Below are positions 1 through 10,054 of a stretch of 64,000 bases of DNA, in pieces (within the stretch, counting starts at the first letter, position 1; each line of letters starts with the position of its first letter). The notes beneath the pieces are model-generated. The model made no database searches and was not told the DNA's origin. It saw only the letters and a list, made by a program, of their open reading frames with translations. Made by a program: the position numbers and the translations under genes. This DNA is from Alphaproteobacteria bacterium (GTDB taxonomy: Bacteria > Pseudomonadota > Alphaproteobacteria > Bin95), in contig CBDBGH010000003.1 in assembly GCA_965205265.1 (NCBI GenBank), forward strand, positions 5,152,001-5,216,000, given 5' to 3'.

Positions 1-315
1 CGAAAGGCTGGGCGCCCGGCAAGCTACGCCACCAAAAAAAACACCAAAAACTGAACCGCTGCCGCCAGATCGGCCCAGCGGCCACAACACTCACGGCCCG
101 CGGGAATCGCCTCCGCGGGCCGTCTCTTCTCCGACCCGACGGCCCCCCCGCGACAATCAAAACGCTCTCCGAAAACCTTGTTTGTCGCGCCGCGACAATC
201 AAAATCCGAAACCGCTTGCAATCCGCGCCCCGCGCGACAATCATCAACTCGCCGATGCCGCCGGGGAATCTCATCCTGATTGACGCGCGGCTCTCACCCA
301 GATTGTCGCGCTATA
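1..315 (+). mobile_element. Right end of an IS21-family element (istB 3' end and terminal repeats), near-identical to 19787-20101 reversed; runs off the window
   Basis: Reverse complement of 19787-20101 with a few SNPs; encodes the IstB C-terminus (RKAGRPASYAT..NTKN*); several CGCGACAATCA repeats; ends GATTGTCGCGCTATA at 315. Confidence 0.9.
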
Positions 316-758
316 GGCAGAGAACCACCTGGCGGCGGCACAGGGCGCAGGTGAACAGGCGGGCGGCGTTCCTCATCGCGACCGATGAGAACGGGGTGGA
401 CCCACGCCCGGACGCGCACGATACTGCGCTTCCGGGCCGCGCCTTGCATGGCTCGGGGGGTGCGGCGCCGGTCGTTGCCACCAAGCCAACGGGGCCGGCG
501 CCGCATCGTTCTCAGAAGCCCCAGTCTACCCCCTGCCGCAGCCCGGGAACGGCCAACCCGGTCGCCAGGACGTCGCCGCCCTCCGGGAGGCGAAAATCTC
601 AACGCGACGGGGGCCGAGGACTCCGGTCGGGCTACGCCCTCCTTCCGTCCTCGGCCCCCGTCATAAACCCGGCCGCGCCTGTCTCACGCTGTTTGTCGTG
701 CGCACCACAAAAGCGCGCTACGCCAGCAAATATGCGCCCTTTATGATAATCACCGACA
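316..758 (-). mobile_element. Truncated left end of the other IS21-family element (copy of 14688-15130)
   Basis: Reverse complement of 14688-15130, including the terminal IR TGTCGGTGATTATCATAAAGGGCG; cut at 316 by the neighbouring IS end. Confidence 0.9.
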
Positions 759-1911
759 CGCGGTTGTGGACCGAGACCGAGAGGGTCCGCGTGTCGTCCC
801 GGCGCGGCTTGCGGTCGATGGTGCGGTGGGCGGCGCCGCCGCCCTCATAGTCGGTGCGCTGCAGGGCGGCGCGCAGGCCGAGCGTGAAGCCGGCCGGCAG
901 CGCCAGCGTGGCGCCGAGGCTCGCCCGCGGGCCGCTGTTGCGCCAGTGTTCGGCCCTGGCGCGGGCCCAGCTCCAGCCGGCATTGCCGCCGAGGCGCAGG
1001 ATGGTCAGCGCGGCCCAGTTGGCGCCGAGCGAGACGTCGCCCACCGGGCCGTCGAGCCAGTCGCAGCCGCGGCAGTTGCGCCGGGCGGCGCCGGCGCGGG
1101 CGAAGAGCGCGAGGCGCGGCGTCAGCAGATGCTCGCCTTCGAGGCGCAGGCCGACGCTGTCGGTCTCGGGCCGGCCGGCGGTCCATTGCCGGTCCGCGGT
1201 CGCCAGCAGGCTCGCTTCGGTGCGGGCGTCGATCAGCCAGCGCGGGCCGACATGGGCGGCAAGGAAATGCCGGTCGAACTCCCCGCCCCTGTATTCCCGG
1301 ACGCTGGCGTCCGCCCCGGCGCGCAGGCGCAGGCGGTCGTTCAGCGGATGCTGGTATTCGCCGCCGCCCCAGAAGGAGACGCCGAGGCCGGATTCGGGCT
1401 TCGCGGGATCGTCCAGGGTGAAAGGCAGCCGGCCGAACGGGGTGTCGAGGAAGACCGTGCGCTCGCCCGAGGCGGCGTTGAGGTTGCTGTCCGGGACGAT
1501 GGCCGCCCCGAACCACGCCTCCCAGCGCCGCCGCGCGCGGATGATGTCGAGGAAGCGCCGGATGTTGGCGGCGACCGCCGGGGGCACGTCGCCCGCCAGC
1601 ACCTGCTCGAAATGCCGCCGCGCCAGCGTGTCCTCCTCCTTCAGGAAGAAGGCGCGGGCGAGTTCGAGACGCACCCGCACCAGCTCCGGGCGGTCCACCA
1701 GGATGGCCCGGAAGGCGGCGACCGCCTCGTCGAGCCTGCCCTCGCGGGCTTCCCGGTCCGGTGCGGCATCGGCGGCGGCAAGCGCCTCCATCCCGGCCCG
1801 GAAGCGCATGTCGGTCGCATCCTGGCCCAGGGCGGGGCGCGCGACGGGCGCCGCAACAAGCAGGACCGACAGCCCCGCCAGCACGGGAACAAGGAACCGG
1901 AAAGGTCTCAT
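718..1911 (-). pseudogene. Slam/DUF560 outer-membrane translocon, C-terminally truncated copy
   Basis: Identical to 12835-14109 up to SVSVHNR; the last 40 aa, including the terminal Phe, are replaced by IS-derived sequence. Confidence 0.85.
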
Positions 1912-2042
1912 CGCGTCTGTCGCATCGCTTGCCGTCCGGGCTCCCGATCGAAAAAGAAGGGCGGCGCAGGAAACGCGCCACCCTTGTCACGACCGGGAAC
2001 CGGGCCGGCCTCCCGCATGAACGGGAGCCCGGCCCCGTGCGG

Positions 2043-4691
2043 CTACTCCGTCGTCGGCGTCTGAAGCTCCGTGCCGAAGGCGCCGACCATCCGGTGGGTG
2101 CCGCCGTGTTCGGCCTGGAACTTGCCCATGATCGCGGTCGGATGGTTGCTGCCGTCGCCGCCATTCTCAACCGTGCCGGGCTTGTCGTCATACAGGTTGG
2201 CCACCCAGCTCCCGGCCGGCGCCGCCTTGTTGCCGTTGATCGACCACACCGTCTTTTCCGTGTTGACGATGTGGCCCTTCTGGGCATCGGTGGCCAAGCT
2301 GGGGTCGGTGGTCCAGGCCGCCTTGTTCAACGTCACGCTCCAGTCGTTCTTCATCCCGTTTTTCAGCCTGAAGTCGTGGATCGTGCCGGTCAGGCCCGTG
2401 TCGGCGTTCAGGTTGGCGGTCCCGAACTGGGCCTTCAGCGTGGCCGTCGCCGTGAACTCGCCACCGCCGCCCTTCTCGTTGAGCGGGTCGTTGATGGCGT
2501 ACCAGCCGATCGCGGGGCCCTCATAGGTCGCCGCCCTGCCTCGGTTGACGTTCAGGCTCTTGCCGTCCGTGGCGAGATCGACGCCCCCGCCGACGGACTG
2601 GTAGAAGGCGCTGACCGCCGCCGGCATGCCGTCGGCGTCGTTCCGCACCCACCAGCCGAAGTACATGTAGCTGAGGTCCCTTTCCAGCACCTTCGCGCCC
2701 GCGTCGTGGACGAAGTACCAGTCGGCGGACATGAAGTAGCCGCCGAACCCGCCTCCTCCGACCCCGGTCCCGACCGTGCAGGTGCCGCTTGCGGGGCAGA
2801 AGTAGTTGCCCGGCGCGCCGTAGTAGGTGCCGGGGACCTTGATCTCCGCGCCCCCGTCGGCCGGCTTCGGAGCGGTCACGGACCCTATCCCGACGGTCCA
2901 CTTGTCGAACGTGGCGGATGCGATCGCCCGGTCGACCCCGGTGCCCAGGGTCAGTCTGCGCGCGTGTTTTGGGCCGCTGTTGCCGGATACGAACGGCTCG
3001 TAGGTCCCCTTGTTGATCCAGTCGGTGTCGTCCTTGAAGAACTTCGCGGCATCCATCGGGACGACACCCCATCTCTCCAGCGGGCCGCCCTGCCGGTCGT
3101 TGTACACCCGGACCTTGTCGGTGACCTTCATGCTGCCGGAGCCGGTGGTCCTTTCGTAGTGCGTGACGTTCCACCGGCCCACCTTGTCCATGGTCGTGTC
3201 GTGCCCGGGGCGCCCCTCCGCGCCGTGCCTGAAGTACACGGCGGTGTGGGTGTTCGCAGTCGCGATGCTCCCCGCGCCGGCCGCGGGGTCGATGCGGAAG
3301 TCCCCCCGCTCGCCCCTCTGACCGGTCGCCTCCGCCGGGGCGTCGTGCTGGCTATCGGTGATACTGGTGATGTAGTACGGGACGGTCGCGAGGTTGTTCA
3401 GCGCGTTCACCGGGGCCGTTGTGTCATCGGACGGACCCATCGCCGCGTACAGCGCCCGGCCCATCCTGTGCCCGTCCATGCGCGCCGTCTTGGCGTCGCC
3501 GAAGGCGTCCTCCTGCAGGGCGAGCCTCGTGCGCAGCAACTCCTTGTTGGCCTCGGGGATGTTCGCGTCCGCGATCGCCGTCTTGGCCGCCGCGATGGCG
3601 GCTTCGACGTCGGTCACGGTGCTTTCCTCGGACAGGGACGTGATCCTGGCGATCGCGTCCATGACCGCCTTAATCTCGCCGTCCGTGATCGTCGTGACGA
3701 CGCCGGCGATGCGGGTCTCCTCGGCCTTGGCCGCCATGCGGGAGTCCTTGGCCCGGTCGAGCGCGCCCTGATGCATGGCAATCTTCGAGCGAAGCTTCGC
3801 CTTTTCAGACTCGGGGATGTTTGCGCCCTCGATCTCCGCCTTGGCCGCGTCGATGGCGGCCTGGGCGTCCGTCACGGTGTCGTCGCCGGACGTGTTCGTG
3901 ACCATCTTGACCGCCTCCATGGCCGCCGCGACCTGGGTGCCCTCGATGTTCTTGACAACATGATCGTGGTAATGGCCCTGCGCCGTCTTGATCTGCCCGT
4001 CGTCAGCGTCCGCACGGTCCGCCTGAGCCTGATACCGGTCCTTTTCGTCGTCGGTCAGATCCTCGGCGCCCGCGATCGCCGCTTTCAGCTCTCTGAGAGC
4101 GGCCATGGCGGCGTCGAGCTGCGCCTTCGTGGGCGTCACGCCCGCAAACGCCGCAAGAGCCATGTCGAGCTTTCCGGAAGCCCCCGAAAGCGCGTTCATC
4201 TGCTCTTTCCGGTCCACGGCTGTCTGGGCACTGGCCAGTTGCGTCCGATACGTCGCCTTGTTGGCATCGCTCACGTCGCCCGCATCGTCCAGCGCCTCCT
4301 TGAGAGCCGCGATGGCCGCCTTGGCCGCGGCGAGCTTGTCCGCGTCCGACAGGTCGGACGTGTCGACCTCGGCGAGCGCGTCCATCAGCGCCTTCTTCTG
4401 ATCCATCTCGCGAGCCATCGTCGCCAGCACCGTCTTGCGCGCCGCAGCCGCCGCCTGAAGCTTCGCGAGCTCCTCGCCGGAAACGCCGGCCGTTGCATCG
4501 GCAACGGCCTTGTCGACCGCAGCGTCCGTCGTGGCCGCCTTGATGGCCGCGTCCGCCTTCTGGTAGGGCGTCTGCGTCTGCGCCGGCATCTGCGTCGTCG
4601 TCGACGGCGAGCTTCCGCCCCCGCCGCAGCCGGCAAGCCCCAGAGCCGTGGCGGCCATGACCGCGATCGCCCAATGCTTCACAATTCTCAT
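2043..4691 (-). CDS. Surface lipoprotein (helical-repeat stalk plus TbpB-like C-terminal beta domain), copy 1
   Basis: Signal peptide with lipobox LAGC then GGGGSS linker; Ala-rich helical repeats; C-terminal ATYEGPAIG...MVGAFG barrel-like pattern; directly upstream of slam. Confidence 0.85.
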   Translation of the reverse strand: MRIVKHWAIAVMAATALGLAGCGGGGSSPSTTTQMPAQTQTPYQKADAAIKAATTDAAVDKAVADATAGVSGEELAKLQAAAAARKTVLATMAREMDQKKALMDALAEVDTSDLSDADKLAAAKAAIAALKEALDDAGDVSDANKATYRTQLASAQTAVDRKEQMNALSGASGKLDMALAAFAGVTPTKAQLDAAMAALRELKAAIAGAEDLTDDEKDRYQAQADRADADDGQIKTAQGHYHDHVVKNIEGTQVAAAMEAVKMVTNTSGDDTVTDAQAAIDAAKAEIEGANIPESEKAKLRSKIAMHQGALDRAKDSRMAAKAEETRIAGVVTTITDGEIKAVMDAIARITSLSEESTVTDVEAAIAAAKTAIADANIPEANKELLRTRLALQEDAFGDAKTARMDGHRMGRALYAAMGPSDDTTAPVNALNNLATVPYYITSITDSQHDAPAEATGQRGERGDFRIDPAAGAGSIATANTHTAVYFRHGAEGRPGHDTTMDKVGRWNVTHYERTTGSGSMKVTDKVRVYNDRQGGPLERWGVVPMDAAKFFKDDTDWINKGTYEPFVSGNSGPKHARRLTLGTGVDRAIASATFDKWTVGIGSVTAPKPADGGAEIKVPGTYYGAPGNYFCPASGTCTVGTGVGGGGFGGYFMSADWYFVHDAGAKVLERDLSYMYFGWWVRNDADGMPAAVSAFYQSVGGGVDLATDGKSLNVNRGRAATYEGPAIGWYAINDPLNEKGGGGEFTATATLKAQFGTANLNADTGLTGTIHDFRLKNGMKNDWSVTLNKAAWTTDPSLATDAQKGHIVNTEKTVWSINGNKAAPAGSWVANLYDDKPGTVENGGDGSNHPTAIMGKFQAEHGGTHRMVGAFGTELQTPTTE

Positions 4692-4749
4692 GAACCCTTC
4701 TCCTTTCAGCAGGAACGCCTCGCCGGTCCCCGATGCAAACTCCGGGCAA

Positions 4750-4777
4750 AGTGTAGGTGGAACGCAGGGCGTGTCAA
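4750..4777 (-). promoter_or_regulatory. Sigma70-like promoter of lipoprotein copy 1
   Basis: Mirror of 9969-9996 (TTGACA-N16-TACACT). Confidence 0.55.
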
Positions 4778-4855
4778 CAAACTAAAACACTTCATGCGCC
4801 GTTCCCTCATGCGAGCCCCAGCGCAGGCGGAGCATAGGCGGACAGGACGGGAGAA

Positions 4856-6013
4856 TCAACAACTCCGGAGCTTCCGCTCGACCGCCACCGCCACCCGCTC
4901 GGCGGCTTGGCCGAGGGTCGCGTCGTCGAGATGGACATAGCGGTTCGTCGTGCTGGCCCGGCGGTGTCCGAGCAGGCGTCCTGCGACATGCAGGCTTTCG
5001 CCATTCATGACGGCGTGCGAGGCATGCGCATGTCGCAGGTCATGAAGCCGCGCATCCGCCACGATCCCGGCCGCATCGCGCGTCGTGGTCCAGAAATAGT
5101 GGAGTTCGTTGCTGCCCAACGGCCCGTCTCCGCTCCTGCCCGGAAACACACATTCCCCGGACGCCGATTCGGCGAGGCCGGCCAGCAACGCCCGCGCCGC
5201 TTCGCCCAGCAGAACGTGCCTCGGGCCCGTCTTGGTGTCGGGCAGCGCGAGCCGGTCCGGCTTGACCTCGCACCAGCGCAGGCGGCGAATCTCCCCCGGC
5301 CGGCACCCGGTCAGCAGGAGCAGGCGCACCGCCGCGGCGCAGACCGGGTGTTCGGCCTCGCGCTCGCGCAGCACCGCGCCCAGCTTCGCCAGATCGTCCG
5401 CACCCAGCAGCCGCCCGCGCGGCGGACGCCGGTAGCGGACGATGCCCGTGCACGGGTTCCCGGCGGCCTCGGGCCGATGACCCCACGCGACGGCGCAGTC
5501 GAACATGTTGCGAAGGATGTCATGGGCGCGGTTCGCCCCGCCCGGCCTCCGCCGCCCGTAGTCGTGGAAGAAGCGGGCAATGTCGGCCCGCACGACCGCG
5601 CCGACGCGCAGATGGCCGAGCGCGGGCAGGATGGCGCTGTCGAGGTAGCTCAGGGTCGCCTGCACCGTGGACGGCTTCCAGGACGGGGCGCGCCGCTCGA
5701 CATATTCCACGGCGAACTTCGCCAGCGTCGGGCCGGAAGCGGGAAGGGGCAGAGAATCGCCGACGCCCTTCTCGCGGGCGAGGAAGGCGAGCGCCGCAGC
5801 GCGCGCCCGGTCGGCCTTTACCGCCTCCGGCCTGCCGAGCGTGACCCGGCACGGCTTGCCGTCGCGCCGGAAGCGGAACACCCAGGATCGCGCGCCGTTG
5901 GGCTGGACGCGCAGCATGAAGCCCTGAAGGGCGGTATCGTGGACGGCGTATTCGCGTTCGCGCGGACGGGCCGCGAGCGCGAGCGCATCGGTCAGCCGGG
6001 CGCGTTCGGTCAT
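4856..6013 (-). CDS. Tyrosine recombinase/integrase with N-terminal arm-binding (DUF4102-like) domain
   Basis: Starts MTERARLTD; motifs TGCRPGE, DTKTG, HDLRH, LLGH and RY complete the R-K-H-R-H-Y set; ATGA overlap with the upstream integrase. Confidence 0.9.
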   Translation of the reverse strand: MTERARLTDALALAARPREREYAVHDTALQGFMLRVQPNGARSWVFRFRRDGKPCRVTLGRPEAVKADRARAAALAFLAREKGVGDSLPLPASGPTLAKFAVEYVERRAPSWKPSTVQATLSYLDSAILPALGHLRVGAVVRADIARFFHDYGRRRPGGANRAHDILRNMFDCAVAWGHRPEAAGNPCTGIVRYRRPPRGRLLGADDLAKLGAVLREREAEHPVCAAAVRLLLLTGCRPGEIRRLRWCEVKPDRLALPDTKTGPRHVLLGEAARALLAGLAESASGECVFPGRSGDGPLGSNELHYFWTTTRDAAGIVADARLHDLRHAHASHAVMNGESLHVAGRLLGHRRASTTNRYVHLDDATLGQAAERVAVAVERKLRSC

Positions 6014-7161
6014 CGGTCCGCCTCCCCGCCGTCGAGCATGGCGGCAAGGCCGCGCGAGACCCGGTTCGCGGCCTCGAACACGGAGCCCTCGGCAAGGTGC
6101 GCATAGCCGAAGGTGGTCTGGATGTCGGCATGGCCGAGCAGCCCGGCGACGATGCGCAGGCCCTCGCCGCCGCCGACCGCGACCGCCGCATAGCTGTGGC
6201 GGAGATCGTGAATGCGCAGCGTCGGCAGACCCGCCGCCGCGCGGACCGCGTTCCATGCCCTGTCCACCGTCGCAGGGCCGCCGCAGGGAGACGCGAACAC
6301 CCACGGGCAGTCGTCGCGCCGGGGTTGCGCCGCGAGCACGGCGCGGGCGGGCGATGCGAGCCGGATCGTGCGCGGACCGGTCTTGCTGTCGGGCAACACA
6401 ACACGGTCGCCGTGGACATGCTCCCACCTGAGCCGCAGAGCCTCGGACTTGCGCGCGCCGGTATGGAGCAGGAAGCGCAGCGCGGCGACGGCGACCGGCC
6501 ATTCCGCTTCCGCGCCGTCGAGCGCCCGCCCAAGCGCGGCGAACTCGTCGTCCGTCAGGTAGTGCGCCTCGAAGCCGGTCCTGCGCCGCCGCAGCCCCTT
6601 GCACGGGTTGGAGTCCTCGCGCCGCAGGCCGAGCGCCTCCGCGTGCTTCATCATCGACGACAGCACCGCCAGCGCCCGGTTCGCCGATCCCGCCCGCCTG
6701 GCCGACAGATCGTCGAACCAGTTGTGCACATCTTTCGCGCCGATCGAATCGACGCGCCGACCGCCAAACACGGGCAGGATGAAGCGGTTCATGCCGTCCG
6801 CGTGCGCGCGCCGCGTCGCCGGCTTCCAGCGTTCGGCGCAGTCGGCGAGGAACGCCGGCGCGAACGTCCGCACCGTCGGCACCGTCGCCGGTGCGCCGCC
6901 CGTCTCCGCATCGGCGAGCAGCGCTCGCGCCGCGTGCCGCGCATCCTCGACCGTCAGTTCGTCGAGCGCGCCGAGCGTCCGCCTGACGACGGAGCCGCCC
7001 GCGCGCCGGTGCACGATCCATGTCTTGCGCCCTTTCGCCCGCACCCGCAGGCCGAGGCCCGGCGCGGCGCTGTCCCACAGCACGGCCTCGCGCCCGTCCG
7101 CAGCAGCGAAGGCGCGCGCCCGCGCCTCGGTGATCTTCGTCCTCTTCGTTCCGTTCGGCAT
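6010..7161 (-). CDS. Tyrosine recombinase/integrase with arm-binding domain
   Basis: Starts MPNGTKRTKIT; LWD..PGLGLRV arm motif; TGARKSE, DSKTG, HDLRH, LLGH, GYAH. Confidence 0.9.
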   Translation of the reverse strand: MPNGTKRTKITEARARAFAAADGREAVLWDSAAPGLGLRVRAKGRKTWIVHRRAGGSVVRRTLGALDELTVEDARHAARALLADAETGGAPATVPTVRTFAPAFLADCAERWKPATRRAHADGMNRFILPVFGGRRVDSIGAKDVHNWFDDLSARRAGSANRALAVLSSMMKHAEALGLRREDSNPCKGLRRRRTGFEAHYLTDDEFAALGRALDGAEAEWPVAVAALRFLLHTGARKSEALRLRWEHVHGDRVVLPDSKTGPRTIRLASPARAVLAAQPRRDDCPWVFASPCGGPATVDRAWNAVRAAAGLPTLRIHDLRHSYAAVAVGGGEGLRIVAGLLGHADIQTTFGYAHLAEGSVFEAANRVSRGLAAMLDGGEADR

Positions 7162-7578
7162 CTTCCGACCCCTTCCCTTGTCTGCCGGTCGCAGGAGCCC
7201 CCGTTGGGGAACACCCAGGACACGCCGGGGAACGGCGTCGGGTTCGAAGATCGGAAGGGCCGGAAGTGCCGCACTCAAACGCCGCGCGGGCTGCAAGCCA
7301 TTGTCAGAACTGGCCTTGCGGCGCTTCGCGGATGCGGGGGCGGAGTGATGATTTCTACGCCCTTCGGCGCGTGGTTCTCACACCCGACGCACCCGTGGTG
7401 CAGAGAGCGAGACCCGGCCGACCTTCAACGGTCGAGAGTTTTCCGTTGCACGACAAGGGGTTGGGGCCGGGTCCGGCCTCCGGCCGCGAGCCTGTGCGCA
7501 GGCCGCGTTGTCCGTTCGGAAACGCCGTTTCGTTCCCCCGGAACGGGCGGCATCCCAGGGAACGGATCCGGAGGCCCC

Positions 7579-8709
7579 ATGCGCATCCATGCCACCATCG
7601 ACGAACGGACGGCCAACAGGCCGTTCGAGCAGCGCCGGAAATCCCGCAACGGCATCACCGTCATCGACCGGGATCTGCCCGCCTTCGGCCTCAAGGTCGC
7701 GAAAGGCGGGGCAAGGTTCTTCCATGTCCTCGTCGGGGGAAGGACCGTCCGTCTCGGCTCCCCCGGCGACATGACCGCCGCCGAGGCGAGGGAGAAGGCG
7801 CTTGCCGCCATCGCGAAGGCCAGGGACGACAAGGAGGCCGGTCCCCTGTTCACCGACTTCGCAGCCGAGTTCATGCGCCGCCAGGGGCGGCGCTGGAAGC
7901 CGTCCACGAGGACAGGCAACGCCCACCTGATCGACCGCTACCTCGTCCCCTTCTTCGGTGCGATGCGCGTCCCGCAGATTGGCCGCGCCGACGTGCGGCG
8001 CTGGTTCGACGCCATGAGCGGCACGCCCGGCAACGCCAACCGGACCCTGCCGGTGCTCTCGGTGATGATGCGGCAGGCCGAGTTGTGGGACCTGCGCCCG
8101 CAGGGATCCAACCCCTGCCGCAACATGCGCCGCTACCGGACGAAGCCGAGAGAGCGGTTCCTGTCCGTGGACGAACTCAAGCGCCTCGGCTTCGTGCTCG
8201 ACCATGCCGGGGACAGGCAGGCCGCCGCCGCAATCCAGCTCCTGCTGTTCACCGGCGCGCGCTCGTCCGAGATCGCCGGCCTGCAATGGGACTGGATCCG
8301 CGATACCCGCGCGGTCCTGCCCGACAGCAAGACCGGGCCGAAGGCAGTCCAGCTTCCGCCGCCTGCAAGGGCGGTCCTCAACGCCCTGCCGCGCAGGGGG
8401 CGCTACGTCTTCCCCAACGGGAGGGGCGACGGGCCGATGACCGACCTCGGCCCGCGCTGGCGGAAGCTGCGCGGCCTCGCCGGGCTCGACGATGTGCGCC
8501 TCCACGACTGCCGCCATACCTTCGCCTCCCACGCCGTGATGAGCGGCCTCGACCTCTACACCGTCGGCCGTCTGCTCGGCCATGCCGACACCGCGTCCAC
8601 CGAACGCTACGCCCATCTCGCCGACGGACATGTCCGCGCCGCCGCCGGGCGCATCTCCGGCATCGTCCACGATGCCATGACCGGCAGCGGGAAGGAGGAC
8701 GGACGATGA
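7579..8709 (+). CDS. Tyrosine recombinase/integrase with arm-binding domain
   Basis: GGAGG RBS then MRIHATID; TGARSSE, DSKTG, HDCRH, LLGH, RYAH. Confidence 0.9.
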   Translation: MRIHATIDERTANRPFEQRRKSRNGITVIDRDLPAFGLKVAKGGARFFHVLVGGRTVRLGSPGDMTAAEAREKALAAIAKARDDKEAGPLFTDFAAEFMRRQGRRWKPSTRTGNAHLIDRYLVPFFGAMRVPQIGRADVRRWFDAMSGTPGNANRTLPVLSVMMRQAELWDLRPQGSNPCRNMRRYRTKPRERFLSVDELKRLGFVLDHAGDRQAAAAIQLLLFTGARSSEIAGLQWDWIRDTRAVLPDSKTGPKAVQLPPPARAVLNALPRRGRYVFPNGRGDGPMTDLGPRWRKLRGLAGLDDVRLHDCRHTFASHAVMSGLDLYTVGRLLGHADTASTERYAHLADGHVRAAAGRISGIVHDAMTGSGKEDGR

Positions 8710-9890
8710 GCGGGGGCAGGCGCCGCATCCGGCTGACCGTGAAGGCCATCGCCGCCGCCAGGCCGACGGAACGGGAATACACCCTCTGGGACAAGCTGCT
8801 GGCGCATTTCGGGGTCCGGGTGCAGCCTTCGGGAGTGCGCTCCTACATCGTCCAGACCCGCGTCAACGGGCGCATGCGCAAGATCACCCTCGGCCGCTTC
8901 CCCGAACTCTCCCTCGACGCCGCCCGGCGGGACGGCGCGGCCGCGCTCGCCCGCCTGTGGGGCGGCGAGGACATGGCGCCGCCGCGCAGGACCAGGGCGC
9001 CGCTGTTCCGCGACTTCGCCGCCCGCTACCGCGAACGGCGGAAACACCGCTGGAAGCCATCCTCTCTGGAGACCTTCGACATCTACATGCGGAACCGCCT
9101 GATGCCGCATTTCGACAGGCTCCGGCTCGACGCCATCGACCATGCCTGTGTCTCGGCATGGTTCGACGCCGCCAGCGTCGACCGGCCCGGCGCGGCCAAC
9201 CGCGCCTTCGAGATCCTCCGCGCCATGCTCGCGACGGCCCGCCAGTGGGGCGACCTCGGCGAGCATGTCCCCGACGCCTGCGCCAACATCGCCAGGAACC
9301 CGCGGCGGCCGGTCGCCCGCCATCTCGACCGTGCGGAGCTCAAACGCCTCGGCGCGGTGCTGGACCGGCGCCGGGAGGACCACCCCTGGCCGGTTGCGGC
9401 CATCCGCCTGCTGACGCTCACCGGAGCGCGACTCTCCGAAATCCTCGACCTCACATGGGACGAGATCGGGGAACTGGACGAGGACGGCGCCAGCGCCCGG
9501 CTGGCCGACACCAAGACGGGCCCGAGGCACGTTCTGCTGGGCGAAGCGGCGCGGGCGTTGCTGGCCGGCCTCGCCGAATCGGCGTCCGGGGAATGTGTGT
9601 TTCCGGGCAGGAGCGGAGACGGGCCGTTGGGCAGCAACGAACTCCACTATTTCTGGACCACGACGCGCGATGCGGCCGGGATCGTGGCGGATGCGCGGCT
9701 TCATGACCTGCGACATGCGCATGCCTCGCACGCCGTCATGAATGGCGAAAGCCTGCATGTCGCAGGACGCCTGCTCGGACACCGCCGGGCCAGCACGACG
9801 AACCGCTATGTCCATCTCGACGACGCGACCCTCGGCCAAGCCGCCGAGCGGGTGGCGGTGGCGGTCGAGCGGAAGCTCCGGAGTTGTTGA
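8706..9890 (+). CDS. Tyrosine recombinase/integrase whose C-terminus is identical to that of 4856-6013
   Basis: ATGA overlap; MSGGRRRIRL; TGARLSE, DTKTG, HDLRH, LLGH, RY; from 9505 it lies inside the inverted duplication. Confidence 0.9.
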   Translation: MSGGRRRIRLTVKAIAAARPTEREYTLWDKLLAHFGVRVQPSGVRSYIVQTRVNGRMRKITLGRFPELSLDAARRDGAAALARLWGGEDMAPPRRTRAPLFRDFAARYRERRKHRWKPSSLETFDIYMRNRLMPHFDRLRLDAIDHACVSAWFDAASVDRPGAANRAFEILRAMLATARQWGDLGEHVPDACANIARNPRRPVARHLDRAELKRLGAVLDRRREDHPWPVAAIRLLTLTGARLSEILDLTWDEIGELDEDGASARLADTKTGPRHVLLGEAARALLAGLAESASGECVFPGRSGDGPLGSNELHYFWTTTRDAAGIVADARLHDLRHAHASHAVMNGESLHVAGRLLGHRRASTTNRYVHLDDATLGQAAERVAVAVERKLRSC

Positions 9891-9968
9891 TTCTCCCGTC
9901 CTGTCCGCCTATGCTCCGCCTGCGCTGGGGCTCGCATGAGGGAACGGCGCATGAAGTGTTTTAGTTTG

Positions 9969-9996
9969 TTGACACGCCCTGCGTTCCACCTACACT
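9969..9996 (+). promoter_or_regulatory. Sigma70-like promoter of the lipoprotein-slam operon
   Basis: TTGACA(9969)-N16-TACACT(9991) with an AT-rich upstream stretch; AGGAG RBS before ATG 10055. Confidence 0.55.
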
Positions 9997-10054
9997 TTGC
10001 CCGGAGTTTGCATCGGGGACCGGCGAGGCGTTCCTGCTGAAAGGAGAAGGGTTC

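Larger units (their letters stand above)
759..5241. repeat. Left arm of a ~4.48-kb inverted duplication (partner 9505-13987)
   Basis: ORF translations mirror each other (paired coordinates sum to 14746); junctions read directly at 759/13987 and 5241/9505. Confidence 0.95.

Noticed and set aside
149-310. CGCGACAATCA repeats as a CRISPR array or iterons
   Set aside because: Short, irregularly spaced and mixed in orientation; they are IS21 terminal transposase-binding repeats, and no cas genes are present
1761-4940. 1059-aa ORF (and its mirror at 9806-12985) plus many other long Arg/Pro/Gly-rich ORFs
   Set aside because: Antisense or off-frame shadows of real genes in high-GC DNA, with no motifs
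4856-9890. ORF-track proteins of 740-874 aa read as fused double integrases
   Set aside because: The upstream parts are off-frame extensions; true starts with RBS or ATGA overlaps give four separate ~380-aa integrases
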